From NCBI RefSeq assembly GCF_009914755.1, contig NC_060930.1: DNA of 64,000 bases; one strand, 5' to 3'. Each line of letters begins with the position of its first letter. Position 1 is the stretch's first letter. This document shows, piece by piece, positions 53,530-64,000 of the stretch. A program made the position numbers and the translations under genes. This DNA is from the human T2T-CHM13v2.0 reference genome, Homo sapiens. The notes beneath the pieces are model-generated. The model saw only the letters and a program-made list of their open reading frames with translations, was not told the DNA's origin and ran no database searches.

Positions 53530-56500
53530 CCTATTGGAGGCCTTCTTTGGAAATGGGATTTCTTCATGTAACTCTAGATTGAAGAATTCTCAGAAACTCC
53601 TTTGTGATGTGTGCATTCAATTCAAAGAGTGAAACCTCTCTTTTCACAGAGCAGTTTTGAAACACTGTTTTTGTAGGATTTCCAAGGGGATATTTATAGC
53701 GCATTGAGCCTACGGCGGAAAAAGAAACATCTTCCTATAAAAACTAGACAGAATACTTCTCAGAATCTGCTTTGCGATGTGTGCGTTCAACTCACAGAGT
53801 AAAACTTTTCTTTTGATAGAGCAGTTTTGAAACACTCTTTTTGTAGTATTTGCATGTGTATATTTAGAGCGCATTGAAGCCCACAGTAGAAAAGGAAATA
53901 ACTTCACCTAAAACCTAGACAGAAGCAATCTCAGAAACTACTTTGTGATGTGTACATTCAACTCACAGAGTGGAACTTTCCTCTTTATAGAGCAGTGTTG
54001 AAACACTCTTTTTGTAGAAACTGCAAGTGGATATTTGGACCTCTTTGAGGCCTTCGTTGGAAACGGGATTTCTTCCTATAACCCTAGACAGAAGAATTTT
54101 CAGAAACCTCATTGTGATGTGTGCGTTCATCTCACAGAGTGGAGTCTTCCGTTTGATAGAGAAGTTTTGAAACCCTGTTCTTGTAGGATTTCCAAGTGGA
54201 TATTTAGACCACTTTGAAGCCTATGATAGAAAAGGAAACATCTTCATGGAAAACATAGATAGAATCATCCTCAGAAACAACTTTGTGATGTGTGCGTTGA
54301 ACTCACCGTCTTTAACCTTTCTTTTGGTAGAGAAGTTTTGAAACACTCTCTTTGTAAAGTCTACAAGTGGATATTTTGAGCCCTTGGAGGCATTCTTTGG
54401 AAAAGGGAATGTCTTCACATAAAAGGCAGACAGAAGTGTTCTCAGAAACTGCTTTGTGATGTCTGTGTTCAACTCACAGAGTTTAACATTTCCTTTGATA
54501 GAGCGGTTTAGTAACCCTCTCTTTGTAGAATTTGGAAGTGTATACTAAGAGCGCTTTGAGGCCTATGGTAGAAAAGGAAATATCTTTCCATAAAAGCTAG
54601 ACAGAAGCAATCTCAGAAACTCCTCTGTGATGTCTGCATTCAACTCACCGAGTGGAACATTCCTCTTGATAGAGCAGTTTGGAAACACTCTTTCTGTAGA
54701 ATCAGCTTGTTTGTATTTGGACCTCCTTGAGGCCTTCGTTGGAAACGGGTTTTCATCTTATAAACCCAGACAGAAGAATTCTCAGAGTCTTCTTTGTGAT
54801 GTGTGCTTTCAACTCACCGAGATAAAGATTTCTCTTGATAGAGCAATTTGGAAACACTCTTTTTGTAGAATTTGCAAGGGTACATTGAGAGCGCTTTCAG
54901 GCCTATGGTAGAAAAGGGAATATCTTTCCATAAAAGGTAGACAGAAGCAATCTCAGAAACTACTTTGTGATGTGTGCATTCAACTCACCGAGTGCAACGT
55001 TCCTCTTGACCGAGCAGTTTGGAAACATTGTTTCTGTAGAATCTGCAAGTGGATATTTGGACCTCTTTGAGGCCTTCGTTGGAAACGGGATTTCTTCCTA
55101 TAAACCCAGACAGAAGAATTCTCAGAGACTTCTTTGTGATGTGTGAATTCAACTCACAGTGTGGATCCTTCCTTTTGATAGAGCAGTTTTGAAACCCTGT
55201 TTTTGTAGTATTTCCAAGCGGATATTCGGAACGCCTTGAAGCGTATGGTAGAAAAGGAAATATCTTCCCATAAAACCTAGACAGAACCAATCTCAGAAAC
55301 GACTTTGTGATGTCTGCATTCAAGTCACAGAGTTGAACATTTCTCTTGATAGAGCAGTTTTGAAACCCTCTTTCTGAAGGATCTGCAAGTGGATATTTGG
55401 AACTCCTTTGGGTCTTCGTTGGAAACGGGATTTCTTCGTATAAATCTAGACAGAAGAATTCTCCGAAACTTCTTTGGTTGTGTGCATTCAAGTCACAGAG
55501 TGGAACCTTCCTTTGGATAGAGCAGTTTGAAACGCCGTGGTTGTAGTATTTCCAAGCGGATATTAGAGCGCCTTGAGGCCTATGGTAGAAAAGGAAATAT
55601 CTTCCCATAAAACCTAGACGGAAGCAATCTCAGAAACTACTGTGTGATGGCTGCATTCCACACACACGGTGGAACATTTCTCTTGATAGAGCAGTTTTGA
55701 AACACTCTTTCTGTAGAATCTGCAAGTGGATAATTGGACCGCCTTGAGGCCTTCGTTGGCAACGGGATTTCTTCATGTTACTCTAGATAGAAGAATTCTC
55801 AAACACTGCTATGTGATGTTTGCATTCAAGTCACAGAGTGCAACATTCCTCTTGGTAGAGCAGTTGGGAAACACTCCTTTTGTAGAATCTGCAATGGGAT
55901 ATTTGGACTTCTTTGAGGCCTTCGTTGGAAACGGGATTTCTTCGTATGAATCTAGACAGAAGAATTCTCAGAAACTTCCTTGTGATGTGTGCATTCAACT
56001 CAGCGAGTGGCACCTTCCTTTGGATACAGCAGTTTTGAAACACTGTTTTTGTAGTATTTCCAAGCGGATATTTAGAGCGCCTTGAAGCCTATGCTAGAAA
56101 TGGAAATATCTCCCCATAAAACCAAGACAGAAGCAATCTCAGAAACTAATGTGTGATGGCTGCATTCCACACACACGGTGGACCATTTCTCTTGATAGAG
56201 CAGTTTTGAAACACTCTTTCTGTAGAATCTGCAAGTGGATAATTGGACCTCCTAGAGGCCTTCGTTGGAAACGGGATTTCTTCATCTAAACCTACAGAGA
56301 AGAATTCTCAGTAACTTCTTCGGATGTGTGCATTCGACGCACAGAATGGAACATTCCCTTTGATAGAGCAGTTTTGAGACACCGTTTTTGTAGAATTCCC
56401 AAGTGGATATTTAGAGCACTTTGAAGTCTCTGCTAGAAAAGGAAACATCTTCATGTAAAAAGTAGATAGAATCGTTCTCAGAAAGTGCTTAGTGACGTGT

Positions 56501-56586
56501 GCGTTCAACTCACAGAGTTTAACGTTTCTTTTGATAGAGCGTTTCTGAAACACCCTTCTTGTAGTAGCTGCAAGTGGATATTTGGA
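53530..56586 (+). repeat. HOR unit U20, 18-mer
   Basis: Marker ORF 53710 -> 56767. Confidence 0.95.
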
Positions 56587-59500
56587 CCTATTGGAGGCCT
56601 TCTTTGGAAATGGGATTTCTTCATGTAACTCTAGATTGAAGAGTTCTCAGAAACTCCTTTGTGATGTGTGCATTCAATTCAAAGAGTGAAACCTCCCTTT
56701 TCACAGAGCAGTTTTGAAACACTGTTTTTGTAGGATTTCCAAGGGGATATTTATAGCGCATTGAGCCTACGGCGGAAAAAGAAACATCTTCCTATAAAAA
56801 CTAGACAGAATACTTCTCAGAATCTGCTTTGCGATGTGTGCGTTCAACTCACAGAGTAAAACTTTTCTTTTGATAGAGCAGTTTTGAAACACTCTTTTTG
56901 TAGTATTTGCATGTGTATATTTAGAGCGCATTGAAGCCCACAGTAGAAAAGGAAATAACTTCACCTAAAACCTAGACAGAAGCAATCACAGAAACTACTT
57001 TGTGATGTGTACATTCAACTCACAGAGTGGAACTTTCCTCTTTATAGAGCAGTGTTGAAACACTCTTTTTGTAGAAACTGCAAGTGGATATTTGGACCTC
57101 TTTGAGGCCTTCGTTGGAAACGGGATTTCTTCCTATAACCCTAGACAGAAGAATTTTCAGAAACCTCATTGTGATGTGTGCGTTCATCTCACAGAGTGGA
57201 GTCTTCCGTTTGATAGAGAAGTTTTGAAACCCTGTTCTTGTAGGATTTCCAAGTGGATATTTAGACCACTTTGAAGCCTATGATAGAAAAGGAAACATCT
57301 TCATGGAAAACATAGATAGAATCATCCTCAGAAACAACTTTGTGATGTGTGCGTTGAACTCACCGTCTTTAACCTTTCTTTTGGTAGAGAAGTTTTGAAA
57401 CACTCTCTTTGTAAAGTCTACAAGTGGATATTTTGAGCCCTTGGAGGCATTCTTTGGAAAAGGGAATGTCTTCACATAAAAGGCAGACGGAAGTGTTCTC
57501 AGAAACTGCTTTGTGATGTCTGTGTTCAACTCACAGAGTTTAACATTTCCTTTGATAGAGCGGTTTAGTAACCCTCTCTTTGTAGAATTTGGAAGTGTAT
57601 ACTAAGAGCGCTTTGAGGCCTATGGTAGAAAAGGAAATATCTTTCCATAAAAGCTAGACAGAAGCAATCTCAGAAACTCCTCTGTGATGTCTGCATTCAA
57701 CTCACCGAGTGGAACATTCCTCTTGAGAGAGCAGTTTGGAAACACTCTTTCTGTAGAATCAGCTTGTTTGTATTTGGACCTCCTTGAGGCCTTCGTTGGA
57801 AACGGGTTTTCATCTTATAAACCCAGACAGAAGAATTCTCAGAGTCTTCTTTGTGATGTGTGCTTTCAACTCACCGAGATAAAGATTTCTCTTGATAGAG
57901 CAATTTGGAAACACTCTTTTTGTAGAATTTGCAAGGGTACATTGAGAGCGTTTTCAGGCCTATGGTAGAAAAGGGAATATCTTTCCATAAAAGGTAGACA
58001 GAAGCAATCTCAGAAACTACTTTGTGATGTGTGCATTCAACTCACCGAGTGCAACGTTCCTCTTGACCGAGCAGTTTGGAAACATTGTTTCTGTAGAATC
58101 TGCAAGTGGATATTTGGACCTCTTTGAGGCCTTCGTTGGAAACGGGATTTCTTCCTATAAACCCAGACAGAAGAATTCTCAGAGACTTCTTTGTGATGTG
58201 TGAATTCAACTCACAGTGTGGATCCTTCCTTTTGATAGAGCAGTTTTGAAACCCTGTTTTTGTAGTATTTCCAAGCGGATATTTGGAACGCCTTGAAGCG
58301 TATGGTAGAAAAGGAAATATCTTCCCATAAAACCTAGACAGAACCAATCTCAGAAACGACTTTGTGATGTCTGCATTCAAGTCACAGAGTTGAACATTTC
58401 TCTTGATAGAGCAGTTTTGAAACCCTCTTTCTGAAGGATCTGCAAGTGGATATTTGGAACTCCTTTGGGTCTTCGTTGGAAACGGGATTTCTTCGTATAA
58501 ATCTAGACAGAAGAATTCTCAGAAACTTCCTTGTGATGTGTGCATTCAACTCAGCGAGTGGCACCTTCCTTTGGATACAGCAGTTTTGAAACACTGTTTT
58601 TGTAGTATTTCCAAGCGGATATTTAGAGCGCCTTGAAGCCTATGCTAGAAATGGAAATATCTCCCCATAAAACCAAGACGGAAGCAATCTCAGAAACTAA
58701 TGTGTGATGGCTGCATTCCACACACACGGTGGACCATTTCTCTTGATAGAGCAGTTTTGAAACACTCTTTCTGTAGAATCTGCAAGTGGATAATTGGACC
58801 TCCTAGAGGCCTTCGTTGGAAACGGGATTTCTTCATCTAAACCTACAGAGAAGTATTCTCAGTAACTTCTTCGGATGTGTGCATTCGACGCACAGAATGG
58901 AACATTCCCTTTGATAGAGCAGTTTTGAGACACCGTTTTTGTAGAATTCCCAAGTGGATATTTAGAGCACTTTGAAGTCTCTGCTAGAAAAGGAAACATC
59001 TTCATGTAAAAAGTAGATAGAATCGTTCTCAGAAAGTGCTTAGTGTCGTGTGCGTTCAACTCACAGAGTTTAACGTTTCTTTTGATAGAGCGTTTCTGAA
59101 ACACCCTTCTTGTAGTAGCTGCAAGTGGATATTTGGACCTATTGGAGGCCTTCTTTGGAAATGGGATTTCTTCATGTAACTCTAGAGTGAAGAATTCTCA
59201 GAAACTCCTTTGTGATGTGTGCATTCAATTCAAAGAGTGAAACCTCTCTTTTCACAGAGCAGTTTTGAAACACTGTTTTTGTAGGATTTCCAAGGGGATA
59301 TTTATAGCGCATTGAGCCTACGGCGGAAAAAGAAACATCTTCCTATAAAAACTAGACAGAATACTTCTCAGAATCTGCTTTGCGATGTGTGCGTTCAACT
59401 CACAGAGTAAAACTTTTCTTTTGATAGAGCAGTTTTGAAACACTCTTTTTGTAGTATTTGCATGTGTATATTTAGAGCGCATTGAAGCCCACAGTAGAAA

Positions 59501-61688
59501 AGGAAATAACTTCACCTAAAACCTAGACAGAAGCAATCACAGAAACTACTTTGTGATGTGTACATTCAACTCACAGAGTGGAACTTTCCTCTTTATAGAG
59601 CAGTGTTGAAACACTCTTTTTGTAGAAACTGCAAGTGGATATTTGGACCTCTTTGAGGCCTTCGTTGGAAACGGGATTTCTTCCTATAACCCTAGACAGA
59701 AGAATTTTCAGAAACCTCATTGTGATGTGTGCGTTCATCTCACAGAGTGGAGTCTTCCGTTTGATAGAGAAGTTTTGAAACCCTGTTCTTGTAGGATTTC
59801 CAAGTGGATATTTAGACCACTTTGAAGCCTATGATAGAAAAGGAAACATCTTCATGGAAAACATAGATAGAATCATCCTCAGAAACAACTTTGTGATGTG
59901 TGCGTTGAACTCACCGTCTTTAACCTTTCTTTTGGTAGAGAAGTTTTGAAACACTCTCTTTGTAAAGTCTACAAGTGGATATTTTGAGCCCTTGGAGGCA
60001 TTCTTTGGAAAAGGGAATGTCTTCACATAAAAGGCAGACGGAAGTGTTCTCAGAAACTGCTTTGTGATGTCTGTGTTCAACTCACAGAGTTTAACATTTC
60101 CTTTGATAGAGCGGTTTAGTAACCCTCTCTTTGTAGAATTTGGAAGTGTATACTAAGAGCGCTTTGAGGCCTATGGTAGAAAAGGAAATATCTTTCCATA
60201 AAAGCTAGACAGAAGCAATCTCAGAAACTCCTCTGTGATGTCTGCATTCAACTCACCGAGTGGAACATTCCTCTTGAGAGAGCAGTTTGGAAACACTCTT
60301 TCTGTAGAATCAGCTTGTTTGTATTTGGACCTCCTTGAGGCCTTCGTTGGAAACGGGTTTTCATCTTATAAACCCAGACAGAAGAATTCTCAGAGTCTTC
60401 TTTGTGATGTGTGCTTTCAACTCACCGAGATAAAGATTTCTCTTGATAGAGCAATTTGGAAACACTCTTTTTGTAGAATTTGCAAGGGTACATTGAGAGC
60501 GCTTTCAGGCCTATGGTAGAAAAGGGAATATCTTTCCATAAAAGGTAGACAGAAGCAATCTCAGAAACTACTTTGTGATGTGTGCATTCAACTCACCGAG
60601 TGCAACGTTCCTCTTGACCGAGCAGTTTGGAAACATTGTTTCTGTAGAATCTGCAAGTGGATATTTGGACCTCTTTGAGGCCTTCGTTGGAAACGGGATT
60701 TCTTCCTATAAACCCAGACAGAAGAATTCTCAGAGACTTCTTTGTGATGTGTGAATTCAACTCACAGTGTGGATCCTTCCTTTTGATAGAGCAGTTTTGA
60801 AACCCTGTTTTTGTAGTATTTCCAAGCGGATATTTGGAACGCCTTGAAGCGTATGGTAGAAAAGGAAATATCTTCCCATAAAACCTAGACAGAACCAATC
60901 TCAGAAACGACTTTGTGATGTCTGCATTCAAGTCACAGAGTTGAACATTTCTCTTGATAGAGCAGTTTTGAAACCCTCTTTCTGAAGGATCTGCAAGTGG
61001 ATATTTGGAACTCCTTTGGGTCTTCGTTGGAAACGGGATTTCTTCGTATAAATCTAGACAGAAGAATTCTCAGAAACTTCCTTGTGATGTGTGCATTCAA
61101 CTCAGCGAGTGGCACCTTCCTTTGGATACAGCAGTTTTGAAACACTGTTTTTGTAGTATTTCCAAGCGGATATTTAGAGCGCCTTGAAGCCTATGCTAGA
61201 AATGGAAATATCTCCCCATAAAACCAAGACGGAAGCAATCTCAGAAACTAATGTGTGATGGCTGCATTCCACACACACGGTGGACCATTTCTCTTGATAG
61301 AGCAGTTTTGAAACACTCTTTCTGTAGAATCTGCAAGTGGATAATTGGACCTCCTAGAGGCCTTCGTTGGAAACGGGATTTCTTCATCTAAACCTACAGA
61401 GAAGTATTCTCAGTAACTTCTTCGGATGTGTGCATTCGACGCACAGAATGGAACATTCCCTTTGATAGAGCAGTTTTGAGACACCGTTTTTGTAGAATTC
61501 CCAAGTGGATATTTAGAGCACTTTGAAGTCTCTGCTAGAAAAGGAAACATCTTCATGTAAAAAGTAGATAGAATCGTTCTCAGAAAGTGCTTAGTGTCGT
61601 GTGCGTTCAACTCACAGAGTTTAACGTTTCTTTTGATAGAGCGTTTCTGAAACACCCTTCTTGTAGTAGCTGCAAGTGGATATTTGGA
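56587..61688 (+). repeat. HOR units U21-U22, two 15-mers (boundary 59137/59138)
   Basis: Marker ORF 56767 -> 59318 -> 61869. Confidence 0.95.
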
Positions 61689-64000
61689 CCTATTGGAGGC
61701 CTTCTTTGGAAATGGGATTTCTTCATGTAACTCTAGATTGAAGAATTCTCAGAAACTCCTTTGTGATGTGTGCATTCAATTCAAAGAGTGAAACCTCTCT
61801 TTTCACAGAGCAGTTTTGAAACACTGTTTTTGTAGGATTTCCAAGGGGATATTTATAGCGCATTGAGCCTACGGCGGAAAAAGAAACATCTTCCTATAAA
61901 AACTAGACAGAATACTTCTCAGAATCTGCTTTGCGATGTGTGCGTTCAACTCACAGAGTAAAACTTTTCTTTTGATAGAGCAGTTTTGAAACACTCTTTT
62001 TGTAGTATTTGCATGTGTATATTTAGAGCGCATTGAAGCCCACAGTAGAAAAGGAAATAACTTCACCTAAAACCTAGACAGAAGCAATCTCAGAAACTAC
62101 TTTGTGATGTGTACATTCAACTCACAGAGTGGAACTTTCCTCTTTATAGAGCAGTGTTGAAACACTCTTTTTGTAGAAACTGCAAGTGGATATTTGGACC
62201 TCTTTGAGGCCTTCGTTGGAAACGGGATTTCTTCCTATAACCCTAGACAGAAGAATTTTCAGAAACCTCATTGTGATGTGTGCGTTCATCTCACAGAGTG
62301 GAGTCTTCCGTTTGATAGAGAAGTTTTGAAACCCTGTTCTTGTAGGATTTCCAAGTGGATATTTAGACCACTTTGAAGCCTATGATAGAAAAGGAAACAT
62401 CTTCATGGAAAACATAGATAGAATCATCCTCAGAAACAACTTTGTGATGTGTGCGTTGAACTCACCGTCTTTAACCTTTCTTTTGGTAGAGAAGTTTTGA
62501 AACACTCTCTTTGTAAAGTCTACAAGTGGATATTTTGAGCCCTTGGAGGCATTCTTTGGAAAAGGGAATGTCTTCACATAAAAGGCAGACGGAAGTGTTC
62601 TCAGAAACTGCTTTGTGATGTCTGTGTTCAACTCACAGAGTTTAACATTTCCTTTGATAGAGCGGTTTAGTAACCCTCTCTTTGTAGAATTTGGAAGTGT
62701 ATACTAAGAGCGCTTTGAGGCCTATGGTAGAAAAGGAAATATCTTTCCATAAAAGCTAGACAGAAGCAATCTCAGAAACTCCTCTGTGATGTCTGCATTC
62801 AACTCACCGAGTGGAACATTCCTCTTGAGAGAGCAGTTTGGAAACACTCTTTCTGTAGAATCAGCTTGTTTGTATTTGGACCTCCTTGAGGCCTTCGTTG
62901 GAAACGGGTTTTCATCTTATAAACCCAGACAGAAGAATTCTCAGAGTCTTCTTTGTGATGTGTGCTTTCAACTCACCGAGATAAAGATTTCTCTTGATAG
63001 AGCAATTTGGAAACACTCTTTTTGTAGAATTTGCAAGGGTACATTGAGAGCGCTTTCAGGCCTATGGTAGAAAAGGGAATATCTTTCCATAAAAGGTAGA
63101 CAGAAGCAATCTCAGAAACTACTTTGTGATGTGTGCATTCAACTCACCGAGTGCAACGTTCCTCTTGACCGAGCAGTTTGGAAACATTGTTTCTGTAGAA
63201 TCTGCAAGTGGATATTTGGACCTCTTTGAGGCCTTCGTTGGAAACGGGATTTCTTCCTATAAACCCAGACAGAAGAATTCTCAGAGACTTCTTTGTGATG
63301 TGTGAATTCAACTCACAGTGTGGATCCTTCCTTTTGATAGAGCAGTTTTGAAACCCTGTTTTTGTAGTATTTCCAAGCGGATATTTGGAACGCCTTGAAG
63401 CGTATGGTAGAAAAGGAAATATCTTCCCATAAAACCTAGACAGAACCAATCTCAGAAACGACTTTGTGATGTCTGCATTCAAGTCACAGAGTTGAACATT
63501 TCTCTTGATAGAGCAGTTTTGAAACCCTCTTTCTGAAGGATCTGCAAGTGGATATTTGGAACTCCTTTGGGTCTTCGTTGGAAACGGGATTTCTTCGTAT
63601 AAATCTAGACAGAAGAATTCTCCGAAACTTCTTTGGTTGTGTGCATTCAAGTCACAGAGTGGAACCTTCCTTTGGATAGAGCAGTTTGAAACGCCGTGGT
63701 TGTAGTATTTCCAAGCGGATATTAGAGCGCCTTGAGGCCTATGGTAGAAAAGGAAATATCTTCCCATAAAACCTAGACGGAAGCAATCTCAGAAACTACT
63801 GTGTGATGGCTGCATTCCACACACACGGTGGAACATTTCTCTTGATAGAGCAGTTTTGAAACACTCTTTCTGTAGAATCTGCAAGTGGATAATTGGACCG
63901 CCTTGAGGCCTTCGTTGGAAACGGGATTTCTTCATGTTACTCTAGATAGAAGAATTCTCAAACACTGCTATGTGATGTTTGCATTCAAGTCACAGAGTGC
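61689..64000 (+). repeat. HOR unit U23, 18-mer type, cut by the window end
   Basis: Contains the start of the 18-mer-specific segment (TTCTCCGAAACTTCTTTGGTTG at ~63618). Confidence 0.9.

Larger units (their letters stand above)
1..64000 (+). repeat. Alpha-satellite higher-order repeat array (centromeric), uniform orientation, continuing past both window ends
   Basis: ~170 bp monomers throughout with alphoid hallmarks (CTCAGAAACT..TGTGATGTGTGCATTCAACTCACAGAG, GATAGAGCAGTTTTGAAAC, GTGGATATTTGG) and CENP-B boxes CTTCGTTGGAAACGGGA. The same ORF set recurs at steps of exactly 2551 or 3057 bp. Confidence 0.99.
1..64000 (+). other. D6Z1: Probable human chromosome 6 centromeric array D6Z1 (S1C6H1L), 18-mer HOR plus 15-mer structural variant
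   Basis: 3057 bp = 18 monomers, one BamHI site per unit (GGATCC at 1634-1639), mostly alternating A/B monomers typical of SF1. This matches the known ~3 kb BamHI 18-mer of D6Z1. Recalled knowledge, not verified by alignment. Confidence 0.88.

Noticed and set aside
1-61688. L/S order as a strict periodic or Fibonacci-like code
   Set aside because: The early S L S L L S L L pattern breaks down with SS, LLL and SSS runs; overlapping block duplications explain it adequately.
181-63767. Recurrent 60-119 aa ORFs on both strands
   Set aside because: They are translations of alphoid monomers, repeat with the HOR, mostly begin at non-ATG codons and show no recognisable domain.
1-64000. Embedded L1/Alu insertion, inversion or non-alphoid island
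   Set aside because: Exact unit periods leave no room for an insertion, and every marker ORF keeps the same strand.
1-64000. A previously undescribed gene-based biological system
   Set aside because: Nothing beyond a known class of centromeric satellite is supported. Any novelty is limited to haplotype-level array structure.

Overview
The whole 64 kb window is one uninterrupted, head-to-tail primate alpha-satellite (alphoid, ~170 bp monomer) higher-order repeat (HOR) array. I found no genes, RNAs or mobile elements, and the ORF track is an artefact of the repeat. Two HOR lengths are interspersed: a 3057 bp 18-mer (L; 11 complete copies plus a partial one) and a 2551 bp 15-mer (S; 11 copies) that lacks one fixed 506 bp three-monomer segment. 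Using an arbitrary phase starting at base 1, the order is S L S L L S L L S S L L S L L L S S S L S S L(partial), units U1-U23. The 18-monomer ~3.06 kb period, one BamHI site per unit and dimeric A/B monomers with canonical CENP-B boxes best fit human chromosome 6 D6Z1 (S1C6H1L, suprachromosomal family 1). That assignment is from recalled knowledge, not a database search. I see no new gene system. The informative signal is array evolution: a single-origin 15-mer with a mappable junction beside a CENP-B box, multi-HOR block duplications at 11.2 and 22.9 kb offsets, mosaic units, and a point mutation at a core CENP-B-box base. SNVs were read by eye, so the variant list may be incomplete.
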